Source of the DNA: Sphyrna mokarran
Lineage: Eukaryota
DNA length: 64,000 nt
Direction: 5' to 3'
Assembly (NCBI GenBank): GCA_024679065.1
Contig: JAGIQG010000020.1
Location: forward strand, 20,336,001-20,400,000
This document shows, one piece after another, positions 14,330 to 28,158 of the stretch. A program made the position numbers and the translations under genes. A model generated the notes under the pieces. It had not been told where the DNA came from. It did not search any database and saw only the letters and a program-made list of their open reading frames with translations. Within the stretch, counting starts at the first letter, position 1. Each line of letters begins with the position of its first letter.

Positions 14330-15004
14330 AGGCTGAATTTTTGCCATGGAAACAATAAACTGGTATCTGGTTTTGTTTTTGGCTTAGATAGCCGACTCAA
14401 GTATGGAACTAATTAAGGTTCAGATCTTAACAGGGGTGACCCTTTCACTGGAGATCCATGGATTCTGGCTCTCCCTCCAATTAATGGCATTGGGCAGCTT
14501 CTGAATGTTGTTTGGCCAATCAGAGATCTTCCATTCTCAGAAACACACATTCCTACCCTACAAGATATGTCAGTCGGTGCTGCAACAAGAGGGCATCCTC
14601 CCAGGTTTTTCTTTAAAAGAGAAAGGCTTGAACTCCCACCCATATTCCTATGGTGGAATCCCTCTACAGGATGGTAATTTGGCTTTCCTCCCACTCATGC
14701 AGGCAGAGAGGGTCTGGATGCCCGGTGGAGTTCTGACACTTTGGTCTGCCATTGTTTCGAGGCAATTGATCTGCCACCACTTCACATTGGGAAACTGGAC
14801 ACTGACTCTCCTAAATGTAGCTTTATCAAGGCTCATTAAGAGATAAGATGCCCATCTGCCTTATGGGGGATAGCAGCCAACCTTAGCTTCAAACACATCT
14901 CCCCCAAAATAGCCAACACCAGGAATAGCATCCAACAACTGACAACACAGCCAACATCAATATTTTCAGGAGCCTCCTGCTTCTGTTCCCCAAAACTTCA
15001 ACCC
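14330..15004. mobile_element. Non-autonomous DNA transposon (~675 bp) with TIRs and TAT TSD
   Basis: tat|AGGCTGAATTTTTG ... CAAAACTTCAACCC|tat (11/14 inverted match). The interior is more GC-rich than the flanks. Confidence 0.55.
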
Positions 15005-18000
15005 TATACATTGCCTCAAGGTTCAATGGAATGTATTTATGCAGCTAATGAAGACAAGAGGCTTGGGCACCTTTGTAATAGAGCTGCTCACCAAGCTCAA
15101 AACAATCATTACAACTGGGGAGAACCCTGGTGTAGACAAACACCAGTGGGATGGGGAGTTTAATTTCTTCTGGTTAATACATTTATGTAAAATTTATTTG
15201 CACTAAGTGAATGAAGTCTGTTTATTACAAGACTTGGTGTGAATACAGCCTCTTTCTCCTTCAGGTATCAGTTGGCGACCACGGATTTCTTTAGATTGGT
15301 TATGATTATGCTTGCGAAGTACCGCAGCGGTGTGAATGCATTAACCTATCCAAAACTAGAGAAAATAAAATTTTCGGAATGTCAGAGAAGTTCCCAATCG
15401 TGTATTGTGCACTGACATTACCTTGGAGGTAATTATTTTAATTAGCCTGGTTTAAAAATGCATTTACTTATTTTGTACTAGTCTATAATACAGGCAGACT
15501 GTAGTAGGATCATGTCAGGGTTAAGTGTCTATCCTTCCCTGTCGTCATGTCTAATGCAACATCCTTTGCAAAACTATCGTATAAGGTTAACGTGAAAACC
15601 AGGCAAAAGTATCTTCACATTTTACAAATTATGAAACCAATGGGGTTACATTTCAGGTCTCAGTCTGGCACCGATAGTCGTGCCCCAAATGGACGATGGA
15701 ATACTACTGTGTTCCCACCATTGTTGTGATCACAACAATGTTCCCTCAAGCATAACACTTAGCAACTGGATCGCTGAGTCAGATGGTTTGTCCAATTAAA
15801 GTACCTGGCAAGATCCTATAATGTAATAGGGCATAGTTGCTAAATTTGGGCTAAACAGTATTAACTGGCTGCTAGGCCATAGCTTTGGGTGAGGACAAGC
15901 AGAATGCTCACCCAGACTCCACAACACCTGCCTGAACTACTACCACTCCAGCTCCCATCCACGTGATATCAGGGCCCTCCCCACAGACCCAGCTTCTTTT
16001 AGTCCACAGGACAGCAGGACTGCCTAATATTCCGATGGCCCAGAACAGGCCGGTCACCCAAGGACTGCACAGGGGAATATCTATCCCAACGTATAGTTGG
16101 AAAAGAAATTTCACTTGAGTGAGTTGTTTTACTTTATGTATTTCCATTCAATAATAATGAGAACAGAAACCAATTGTCAAAAAAATGCCATCCTGTCCCA
16201 GTCAGAATTGCTTCACAATTTCAGTCATGCTCATCTTACTTTCAAGAATTAATGAAAAATATTCATATGAACTGTGTCCATAACTCATGCTGTGGCTATT
16301 GTAGCAGCTTTATTCCAATTTCACATGTCTTCCTGTAAACCTGATAGCAAATTGGTCCTATAAAAACAAGGTGTACCTAAACTTTGAAAAACTCACAAAT
16401 TCCTCCTGGTTACACCCCCCATAAATACTGCAATTTCTTACTGCCTTAATTTTGATGCAGTTTGTAAAATGTGGATACAGTCTAATTAACCTTATTACCC
16501 CCAACACATAAACCAGCAGACTACTGCATTATTGAGATTGAGTTGTGTGCATCTGGGAAAACGAACAACAGGCAAAGAGACATGTTGAGAGAAACTTGAG
16601 GCACAAACAAGTCAGTAGCATTTAAATGCGACTTCACTCACTTGGCATCCACATTGTTAACTTACTCTTGGAGCACTGGATTAATCACCAGGAAAGTTGT
16701 AGTTACTATTTCTTCTTTAAGCTACAAATTAAAAAATCATAGATCACGAACGCCCACAAGAGGTATTATGAAAGCATGAATGACCGAAATGTAGTCTTAG
16801 TAACTTGATGTGATGATGAAAGGACCTTAATGCACTTGGATGTTTGCAATCCTCCCTCAATCCCAACATGACATCTCAACCAATAATCTGTTATTCTAAA
16901 TTGTTGAAGTGATAATATTAAAACTGATTACTGTATGCTAACTGATCTGTTAGCTTTGCTGGTGAAAGCAGAGATTAATAAAAAGACCATTAATACTTAA
17001 TAAGAGATTAATGTTGAATATTTTATAGGCCTTTATTATATCCACTCTTACAAATGGGGGTATTTTTTCCAAATAACTGCTCTGATCTAAGCAGATTGCA
17101 AAAAATTACAGATAAGCATATTTCGTAATTCCATAGAGGAAAAATGATTGCCAATATTTCATTTTATTCTCCGTTGTACAAAGCTATCAACCATACTAAG
17201 TCTCCAAGGTGTCTAATTCCAGGGTTTATGAAGTAAACCCATTAGAATCTGCCATCAGTTCCACCTGTACTAATTTCAATGCTTCACCACAGCAAAGTTT
17301 ATAATAGCACAACCGAAACACAGTAATTCAATAATACGATGAAACCAAATATTGGTAGGTTTACATACTTATATTGATTTAAGTATTATATTGGTTCACT
17401 TACTAACATCCAGTAACTTCAGTTTGAATTTTTAAAGATTCATTATACAAATTACGCATGTGTGACTGCTTTTGTGCAAATTTATGTGCACTTATCTTTG
17501 CTTCATTAAAATTTGGTTTTGTTTGAAAAGAGCATGTGCCCAAATTAAAAGGAAAATCAGGAAGTGTGCTGTGCAGTACAGGCATTATACATCAATTGAA
17601 GGCACACAATGCATGTATTCGCAAGGAATACTCATAAAAAATGAGCCTTGGATGTGTTGGTTCTCATACTATTGCCAAAACAACAGAGTACTCACTGAAC
17701 AGTAAAAGACAGACCTGGGTGTAAGTAATTACCCTGTCAATTGAATGTGCTTCGAGATTCATTGTACTCCTATTCTGTGTAAATTTTGTGGATCCATTAT
17801 GCCGACTGTCATTTTATGCCTCTGTCACCCTATTTCTGTAATTTATTTTGCACATGGGTAAATGTTTTAATATCTTGCTGTCCACAGAGATTCATGAAAT
17901 TTACCAATTCCAGCTTCATTTCAACAAATAAAGCACCACAGTAATATTTTCATATTAACATAAAAATATGAGACAGTCAGAACTTACTTGGATTGCAAAG

Positions 18001-18659
18001 ACAGTGAATTGTCATTTGAAAACATGAAGCAAAATCTGGCTTCATCAATGCATGCTGATAATTTATATACCATTATTCTGAACTGTATATTTATAGTATA
18101 AACATTTTAAAGGAAATGTTTTATGATAATACATAGTTAACCATATATAGTTTATAGTTTAATACAATAATAATTTATTTTCAAAATGAAAGACTCAGTT
18201 TGTCAACGATTGCATAGGTTCAGTTGGAGTGTTTTGCCCAGACCTATAAAGAGCTGTATTTACCAATTGAATGGATTCATAAAGTCAATGAGTAGAAGAG
18301 ACATAGGTAATTCCTACTAAATGTGGTGTGGAACTAAGGAAGGCATGAAAGCTGAAATATGAGAAACCCATGACATTAAAGTAAAATATATTGAACCAGA
18401 TCCATCAGAATTCTTAGCACACCAACTTCAGTTCGAATTTTTAAAGATTAATTCTGCCTCAGGGAAATATTTCAGCACTTGATGCTTTTCCCAAGTAAGT
18501 TAGAGATATCTGTGTACCTTGGCTACATGCTTTGGGGGAAAAAAATGGATGAATTTAAAATTAATCTTTTGCACCATTTTCAGTTAAAGTTTAACTAGTT
18601 TTCTGAACTACTCACATTTGTCAGTTTAATTATTTTTATTACTCAACAACAGTTTGGCT

Positions 18660-18780
18660 GGTACATTTATGCCCTCGTGACATCCTAAAAGACTTCACGG
18701 CCAATAGAGAACCATTGAATGGTTAGTTACTGTTGTAATGTAGAGAAACACAACAGCCAATCTGTGCACAATGATAAAAT
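18660..18780 (-). mobile_element. Deu-SINE (SacSINE1/AmnSINE1-like) 3' fragment
   Basis: actgttgtaatgtagagaaacacaacagccaatctgtgcaca resembles the Deu-SINE body. It is related to 56915-57250. Confidence 0.5.
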
Positions 18781-18947
18781 TATTCCAAAGTATTGCTTAC
18801 TCAAGTATACCTGATACAGACTTGTCACTCAGTATTGAGGCAAGTTGAGCAATAGGCATTGCAAACTTCAGGATTTCAAGTAAGGATTCCAAAAGGATAT
18901 TAAAAATGGAAACTGATGGGAAACTCTAATCAAAATTAGAAAACAAG

Positions 18948-19350
18948 ATCATGAGAATTAGGAGCAGGAATAAGTTGGCCTGCTCCCCTCAAGCCTGCTC
19001 CACCATTCAATTAGATCGTGCTGATCTTTTCGTGGACTCCACTTACCCACCTGTTCACCATAGCCCTTAATTCCTTCACTGTTCAAAACCTTTACCTATC
19101 CTTGCCTTGAAGCATTCAATGTGATTGCCTCAACTGTTTCATTGGGTAGGGAATTCCACAGATGCACAACCTTTTGGGTGAAGAAGTTCCTCCTCAACTC
19201 AGTCCGAAATCTGCTCCCCCTCATTTTGAGACTATTGCCCTCTAGTTCTAGTTTCACTTGCCAACAGAAACAACCTTCCTACTTCTATCTTATCTATTCC
19301 CTTCATAATCTTGTATGTTTCTGTAAGATCTCCCATCATTCTTCTTATTA
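18948..19350 (-). mobile_element. CR1 LINE 3' fragment (RT C-terminus and tail)
   Basis: gggaattccacagatgcacaaccttttgggtgaagaagttcctcct reads RRNFFTQKVVHLWNSLP on the - strand, with a typical CR1 tail. Confidence 0.85.
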
Positions 19351-19399
19351 AAGAATTTCAATATTTGAATGTAATTATCAGGAACTTGCCAGTCCTGAT

Positions 19400-20276
19400 T
19401 GAATCTCCTACCCCGCCAGAAATATTTCATTCTGCCAGGCTTCAGAATACTCCCCACATTTGGCGATCTCGTGGGAGACCCCACCGTAATGAAGGAGGGG
19501 AGGGGACAATTTGGGCCCCCCCCAGGACGGTCAGGTGCCAGGGGAGTGGTGCCCCCCTCGGCATGTACCAGCCTGTGCTCCTGGCACTGCCTGAGGGGCA
19601 AAGTGTCCATGCCAAGGGGCACCTTGGCACTGCCCAAATGGCATTGGGCATTGCCAAGGGAAATAGACCTATTGTGGGGGGTGCCTGAGGCAATCAGTGG
19701 GGGTGAGGAGTCCTGCTGCATGGCAATCAATCTAGGATGGAAGGATAGCAATGAACAGGGGTAGAGAGAGAGAGTCTGCCGAGTGGGGGGGAGGGTGGGC
19801 TGCTTCCCAGGAGGGTATGACCCCAGATGGTGGGGAGGGGGTGGTTCAACAGGGAGATCTGTTGGGGTGAGAGTGTGGGGTGGATCGCCATTGCTGGGGG
19901 GGAGATGGACTGGACATCTGAATGCTGTGGGACAGAGGGTATCAGGGATGGCCTGCGAGTTATTGCGTGGGATGTGATTGGGCTGTGGAGGGGGCTGGAG
20001 GGGCAGCACTGTGGGGGTCCTGGGCTAGCCAACGATTGAGTTGGCCAGCAAATGGGGAGATCTACAGATCAGGACCACTGTGCATGCGCAGAGTTCCAGA
20101 ACAGTCAGATTCTGGTGCTATTTGACCTGCCCTCCTGGGTTTTTAATGAGATTCACGATTATGATGTCTGCAGTGCACAGCATGTGGACATTCAAGTGAG
20201 AAGTTGAACTGAGAAAACAGTCATGACCTGGAACTGTTTTCCCATCAATTCAGCACTTTTAGGAGAATCGCCCCCA
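19400..20276. mobile_element. GC-rich non-autonomous element, probably DNA-transposon derived, one intact end
   Basis: G-rich body with internal ggca/tgcc repeats. It ends in GGAGAATCGCCCCC, which resembles the MITE TIRs here. The left TIR is not evident. Confidence 0.5.
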
Positions 20277-20432
20277 CGTTTCAGATTTATGACCATTTCT
20301 GATGAGAGGTCACCAAGCTGAAATATTAACTCTGCTTCTCACTCCACAGATACTGTCAGACATGCTGAGTATTTCCAGAATTTTCTGTATTTTGTTGTAT
20401 TTAAGATTTCCAGCATCTGCAGTATATTACTT
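20277..20432 (+). mobile_element. Penelope-like repeat end with a degenerate hammerhead core
   Basis: acgtttcag..tgacc inverted against CTGATGA-GAGGTC..GCT-GAAA, then ctccacagatactgtcagacatgctgagtatttccag..cagcatctgcagta. Related copies lie at 31195-31440 and 32460-32680. Confidence 0.6.
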
Positions 20433-20761
20433 CTTGTAGAAGATGCAAGGAATTGACCTTGACTTAATTACAGTCCCAGCTTGTAATTCAAATAACTTTA
20501 CTGATTCACAGACATAATCTGTTTTGTTTATTTATTTTTTTAAAAAGTCCACGTGGCACAATGTTTCTTGAATATTTCAATTTCCAGTGGAAAATGAAGG
20601 TACGGTTTTTTAACCAAAGCTAATAACATAATCCTTAACACTCAAGTCTACTCCTACTCACAGCACCACGAGTGTAATTTTGATTTGACATCTTGATAGC
20701 TGATAAATCAGTACTTGGATATTGACTGAATAAAACTCCAACCAGATGTGAGTATTGTTTT

Positions 20762-21030
20762 TACATAGGAACATAGGGTGGAATTCCCTGGCCGTGCTGA
20801 TCTAAAAACCAGAAATTTCCACCAGACTGTCATTGGGGTTTTACATTGTCTGCAATCCACCCACTAACTGGGAGAATTCCAGCCATAGGAACTAGAAGCA
20901 GGAAGAGGACATTTAGCTCTTCAAGCCTGCTCCACCACTCATTATGATCATGACTGATCATCAAATTCAAAATCCTGATCCCACCTTGTCCCCTTATCAT
21001 TAGATCCCTTTAGTCTCAAGAGCCATTCAC
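20762..21030 (-). mobile_element. CR1 LINE 3' tail, interrupted by a MITE
   Basis: (acatagga)n tail then tcaagcctgctccaccactcattatgatcatgactgatc. Confidence 0.7.
20776..20884. mobile_element. 109-bp MITE with ATA TSD inserted in a CR1 tail
   Basis: ata|GGGTGGAATTCCC ... GAGAATTCCAGCC|ata (11/13 inverted match). Removing it restores the aacatagg repeat. Confidence 0.7.
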
Positions 21031-24000
21031 ACCAAAGTTTAGGATATAACGGGAAGTTATGTCTCAAATATCAAATTGGAAAATAGTTGTCAAACCATAG
21101 GTGTACCAAATTGAAAATGAGTATTCAATCAGCATTTGAGCAAATCCCATTGGGCCAGTGAAAGATCACATTGAACTGGAGATGTTGAGAAGAGTTTCTG
21201 CTGGAAACAGAGATATTGAAACTTTATTTTGTAACCTCATATTAGGAATAGCGATTTCTAAGTTTTATAACACTTCAGAAGATCACGTTATTGAGAAATT
21301 GCAACCACCAAACAAAAAGACAAGCAGGGATATTTGAAAGAGAGACTTAACAGTGAACTTTGTCAGTTCTATAGCAGCTATGAAAGATGTTTTCCAAATG
21401 TGATCCTATCTTTTGCACTGAAGTTTCGTGACAGATCATGGGTGATACAAATTCAAATACTGATGCAGATTCAAACTTGCCAACTGGACATGAACTGGCA
21501 ATGCTGTTGGTTCAGGCTGCCTGATCTTTATTTCCATTCCTAATGTCATTTCTATGCCCAGATGGTAAGTTGAAAAATGATTCATTTTAGAACTTATATT
21601 ACTGACAACATAGATTCAAAGGCATTACCAAAATAAATTCAGTAATGCTCCATTTTAATGTCAATGTAGTGTGGCTTGAGATCCATATACCTACAAAATT
21701 GGCAATATAACTTGGCAATCAGATCCTGATCAGTGTGGCAATATCAAAAGATGATTAGTCCTTGCCAAGTGACTATTTCATATTAATCTGAGTTTGCATG
21801 TGATGCAGTAGAACTCTAGACAGCACAAAGTTGCATTTTTTAAAATATCCAGGTGATCCTATTTGCATGTTAATGTTTTAATGAGAGGAGGAGCAGAGTC
21901 TGCCACCTGTGTTCATCTAATATTAAAATTAACTGTTCAGAGACCATTGCAGCACACGTACCAAAAGGTCCTTTGTCTCTGATCTCAATGCAACCTGTCT
22001 TTTTAAATCTCTGCTACATATTCTACCAATTAGATGGCTAGTCCAAGTATAAATGCCTTGTTACACTATAGTTAGATCTCAATGTGACTGGATGTGAGGA
22101 AGAGCCTTGATAATAATATGTTCATGCCCTCATATGTGCTTAGCAATCTGTATGAGTTACCAGCAGCTAGTTAGAAAATGTGTACATGGTAGCATCTGTT
22201 CTTCTGTAACATTCAAAAAGGCTCTGTATTAAATACTGAAAGTTCCTAAGCAGCTTATTGGACCATCTAGGTATATTTAAAATGAGACTTCAAACTGGAT
22301 TTGAGTTTTGTTGCAGAAGGTGCAAGTTTGACATGGCTTCCCGAAAAACATTTGGCATAGTTTTAGTGCAGCTATACTGAATTGTACAATTGTAAACTTA
22401 ATTGCATACTAGAAACTACATTACATAGGCACCCTGACTCTGCTGCCAAAACAAGAGAATCAATGGAGATCTTGCTTATGGATCCACTTTTGAAAAAGGC
22501 AAAGAAATGGAAAAATGATAACTACTGAAATAGTCTAAACTAATAAAGGGGACAGTAAGACATCTGGTATTGAAATTATTAAAAGTTTCAGTCTTATCAT
22601 GTACAAGAGGGAAATTTTGAATTATTAAAATATGTAATGTTGATCAATTTACAATATGAAAGTTTAAACCACTTTCCTATAGTTGCACTGGTCAGTTTTA
22701 GATAGAAATCGCAACCCTTTTAAAGAAAGGAATTGCATGAAAAGACACAAACAACTCATGATATATAACCGTTTGCACATTATCTTGATTTTGTTGAATT
22801 TGAAAGCATTGTTCGATGAATAATGATACGTTACTGAAATTTACATCAAAAAGAAAACTGTTTAAAAGGCTGTTCTATCAAACCCCTGATTATACAGTGT
22901 CATCTCTGTAAATGTTTGAAAATAGCAGAAAGTGATGCAGTTTAAGCCATCATAACAACTTGACATACTGAATATGTGGCCCAAAGTGGTTTTCTTCTTT
23001 GTTTCTGTCTTGATGGTATGTTAATAGAGAATTACATTGACAAAAGTAGTTTACCACATATGTTTGATGTAGTATCTTCTATGATTGTTACAGAAACAAG
23101 CAATATATTTTGTCAATGAATTCAGAGGAATGAGATATATATAATTATTGCCAGCAATTTGTACTTCTTCAGGTTTTTTACACATTGCATTCCGTCAAGT
23201 ATAGTATTTAGTGAACTGTTGATACAGGTATGTATATAGGCACAATTAAGTGCCCATTCTACCGTGTATTTTAAATAATAGTTTTTTTCCTTAATAAAAC
23301 TAATTCATCACCTCCAGAAATAAATCACCAGCTCAAAAACTTCGATATACTCGTATTCATTTATATAAAAAAACCTGGAGGCATTCTTTGACAATCTAAC
23401 TAAATATGTTATTAATGAAAGCCGATTTCAGGTAAAATCCGCACAAGGTCAAAATCGGCTGTTTAATAATTTGTACTGTTGATGATAGCGTTGCTAGCTG
23501 TTGAGATTCCGTGGTTAAACAAGATCGACTCCTCTGGTATTCACTCTGTTATGGGTCAGTGCTTCAGTCAAAAAATGCAGCACTAGTCATAAGTGGAATT
23601 TGCATAGGTGAAAGCAAAGTGCTGATGCAAGCCAGAGCAGTCAAGTATTGTTAATGACAAACACAGTACATGAGCAGAATGCATATTTAATTTGCAAAAT
23701 GTGGAAATGGGGACAAAATTGAGGCTATGCATCACAGCAGCAATTTTTTTTAAAAAATGGAAACCTCGCAGAAAGGAAGGTAGAGTGCTTGCAAAATAAG
23801 TACCGTGCAATAATTTTTAATCCCAAGCAATTGCAAAGCTAATGGGCAGCAATGTGTTAGAATTTCAGCCACGCTGAATACTTTACAAATGTTCCATTGC
23901 AATTGCCTGCTTCTGTTTAATTTTGTACGTGTGTGTGGGGCTGGTCATGTAGTTCCGTCTATTTGATATCTCTTGTAAAAGACTATTTTGACGAAATTGC

Positions 24001-24150
24001 GAGTGATTTTACTTTAAAATGACTTAGTCTCGAAATATGAAATCATGTTAAAATGAACTTGGTTTTATTGGGATGTGTGAGGGTGAGGAGATTCTGCACC
24101 TGCCTTTATGTTTGCGATCTGTGTGATAACCTGTCTTCTTATGTGTGGGA

Positions 24151-24168
24151 GTGTGTGTGTGTGTGTGT
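24151..24168. repeat. (GT)n microsatellite
   Basis: gtgtgtgtgtgtgtgtgt. Confidence 0.9.
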
Positions 24169-27100
24169 ACTTCTGAGGTTATGGGGTGGGGGTGTAATAC
24201 ATGCGCGCACGCGCCATTAAACAAGATTTATGCCTGACTGACTTATCTGAGTTTGAAAGAAATCTCTGCTTTTGTGCACCGTATCATTAGCGGTCAGCCC
24301 ATATCATCCACACACTCTGGGCGTGTTCTGAAGGACAATTCCTGGAAACCTATTGATGTTTCTGGTATACACACACATATACACGCAATACATTTATATA
24401 TGTATAAATATATATAGGCAGTTGATGTGACTCAGTAGAGTCTTCTTCAGGGCTGACTTCCTCTCAATTAGATTGTTACCTTTACCTCCTAAGGCAATAC
24501 TATATTCAAACGAAAGTCGTAAATGTATGCCGAAAGTACAACTTTAGATGGCATGGTACAGAAAGTGTATAAATTTGCATTGTACATCATAGCCTTCTTC
24601 TGACGTTCCATGTTGAAATGTGGACCAACGGTTAGGGATGGTTAAAGGAGTAGTTGAGAATTTTCAGGGGGAATGCATTGTAAGTAGAATGCTAATTGGG
24701 GTGCTATTAAGCAATACGGAGGGCTCATTGTTGCTGAATTATGCACAGATGATTAGTTTTTGCATTACATGATGTAGAAACTATTCCACAATAATATAGC
24801 CATTTTATTTTTAGATACATGAAAAGAACAGGAACTGGAATGAAATCTCCACTTCATTTGCATCTGTACGTATACACAATGATTAGAATACCTTTATTTT
24901 TACAATATACTATGATGGCATTATTCCAATCACCATTCGCAACGTTGTTTCACTAAACTCGGGGTGGGAAACCATAAGTATGCACGCAATTTAATATTTT
25001 AAAGTGATATAGGACAGTTTGGACCCGAAAGTGAGCGTAAATTGATGCACGTAGAGAAGTTGGTATGTTAACGGGGATTGTGGTGTGGGTTAATATAGAG
25101 GCGACTAAAATGCACGAACGTGATGCTGAAAACAAAAATACATTCCAGTCAGGCACACAAGACTGGAATACAGTACACCACCGTCAGCAATAGTCTCACA
25201 TTAAAATAGTGAACCCAGCATATGTTATATTTAGTTTTACAAGGTGATACTTGTTAAAATTATAATTGTATGTTTAATTCCATTTTGCTAAAGGGCAGTG
25301 GGTAAGCTTTCCCATTTCGTATTAAAAATGTAAATTTTTTAACACGTTCGCATGTACTGGAAACCGGTCATACATTTTCACATAATGTGCTATATTGTAC
25401 CAAATAAGATAGCAAGACGTGGAGGGGGGGGGGAGCAGATTAATTAAAACAACTTTTACTATTGTAACATTTGGATTTTTCACCATATTAAGCTGCATTT
25501 ACGACAAAAATGTTCCATTCGCTTCTGCTGTTTGGTCACGAGTGATCACAGAAGCTATTTGCATAAATATACCGTGTAAATATTTGGTGTTGTTTGTATT
25601 TTAATGCGCCGATGAACAGTTCACAGTGCTCAAACGCACAAATGCTCCTGGAGGTCACTTGGCACGATGGACATTTGAGGCCTTAATCTTTGTAACCAAC
25701 TTTCATTGTCAATTCCAAATAAATCATGATCACACCTATTGGTGCCAATTAACACATTTTATATTAATTCCACGAGCCTGGTGTGGGGGGAAAAAACTAA
25801 CATCTTAATGCCTAATTAGCATAGGAAGTGCGCACCAAATTACAGCGATTCTGTCCTGATCCAAAATGCAGGAGAAATGCCACCACACTGATCTGTGATC
25901 TCTGGTTTTCTCATGAATGCAGGGAGGGAAGAGAATGGCTTTCGTGAGCTCCAACGTGAACATCACTATTCACTTTGGTTGTTTGGATTGAAGTTGCCTA
26001 CGGGAAATTTAACTGGAAATTTGGAACAGCCCAAAAGTATGGCACTGCTCTACAAATAATATGGTGACTGCCGACAAGCTTATTTGTAACGACGATATTA
26101 TGGTTATTTAGGAAATTGCACTAGTTGTGTACAAGTTTATACCAACATGGCGACATTTTTTCGTTAATAGTGAAACAAAACAGCGCAGTAAACTGAGGGC
26201 AAGATTCATGTCCCGCACTCTATAAAAAACAGATGGTTGTTTCATGGACAGGGGTTACTTTTTCACTGGACTGTGCCTTCACCAGCGCCCTAACAGGATT
26301 AACAAATAAAAACATGTTAACCAAAAGCCTTGGTCACTTTAATTTCCCTATGCTTGACATTTATTAGGTTTTCCCCGTGACAAATTCTGATTCCGTGCCT
26401 TGGCGGTGCTGATATCGAGGTAAATTCCTCCTACGGCTGTACAATGTAGTCAACGCCCAAGGCACTCGCTGGCTATAATCTTCCTATCGTTAGACAATAG
26501 TTAACGACCTTGCCTCTTGGCTACTCATTGCATGTAATATGGCTGGAGAAGATCACTCTTAGCGTTTTTCTTTACATATCCAATGAGAGGATTTGGATAA
26601 ATGGAACGCAGATCATTCACGTTGGGAAATTTCTAAACTTATTTTGATGAGAACTTATTACATTTTAAAAGCTGGTTTGGTAGCTAGGCTCCAGAGAGCT
26701 CCGGAAGCGTTTGGATATTAATTAATTCTGTATAATGCATACAAATGGGTCTCGGATTTTAAAAACAAATAGCGTTTGCATCCGTTCAGTGAGCTGAAGT
26801 CACTGAGCTAAAATACTTCAGGAAGAGATTTAAAGATTCGGGAAAGGATTTAAGGATATAAATTGGTCGGTTAATCTACAAGGAGAATGCCTGGGGCGGT
26901 GTGAACATACAGAACGGCACCGTACTGGTTGCTAACAGACGACCCCCATCTCTTTGCCGCTTTCCAGCAGAAGACCAGTGCTCAGGGCTTCTGTGGGTCT
27001 GGTGCCAGGTTCCTGCTCAGAGACATGACTCTTCTCATTTTTCTCGCGTGACTGCTTCACTTTCAGCGGCAACCCTGATTCCGCGTCATTTTCGTGTGTG

Positions 27101-28158
27101 TGTGTGTACACTCCCTGTTATAAAGGGGGCGAACAACGTGTGGTGGCCAATGAAGCTTTCAAATTATCATTGGCAAACACAATAGGGTTGTGCTGCGTTG
27201 TTCTTAGGCAACATTAGCCTGACGAGTCTCTGTAATGTGACTTAATAATTATTGCTCATTCCCTTCTTTTGTTTAGTTACATGTTTATTTTCAATTAAAT
27301 TTAAATTAAATTTCTAGCAGCAACACGGAGTGCTTTATCTACAAACCAATTACTCTATTTGGCACTTCTTTTTTGACAGACAAAATTGATACAGGATTGG
27401 ACCATTTAACAAAAACACCTATCTGCTGTATTGTTTACTTTCAAATGTATAGATTGCGTAAACAATTCGAAATGGAGGCTGTTTGGTATTTAACAAAAGC
27501 ACTGTCCATTTGTTTTATTTAGTTTTCAGATTGTGCCTTTTCGTTTTATAAACGTTCCCCATGAACAAAAATCATGAAAAACTAAGGAAGGCTTGCATTC
27601 CCTTTATGTTCCCGATGTGAGATTGGTGATGTATTAACTAATGGAAATAATACATGACGTAAAATTCGGTCTTCAATAGCCTAATCAGACACATCAGATT
27701 CAGATGATGTCTGCCATCGGTGAAAGTCTCCAAAGCTGTATTTTTTAATGCCAACGTAATAATTGTGGGGGGAAAGATACATGTTTACACCAGAAAGGTT
27801 TACTATTGGGTATTTGTTACTTATTAATGCACTGCCGCCTGGCATTCTAGTCACTTACTGACTCTGTTACAATGCCATAAATGTAATATTGCAAAAGCAA
27901 AACCTATTTCACTAATTCATGTAAACCTTCGAAAACGTACGTGCTACATTGTTACCTTCGAGGGTGGTGGGGCCTTTGTGTTATCTGTTCAGTTCGTCTT
28001 TGATTTGACAGGCTTCTGTGCTGTGAAATTAAAACGTGTGTGTTTGCCTTTGTTTTGTTCAATGTTCTGTGACAAAATGCTCCTCTGCCAAACTCCTTCA
28101 CACATTACAAGCCTTTGGGGATATCAAGGGCAGCTATAGAAGGGCTACCTGGAGAAAG

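Noticed and set aside
19290-20009. 239-aa proline-rich ORF and overlapping ORFs
   Set aside because: By-product of a G-rich repeat with few stop codons. No domain is recognisable.
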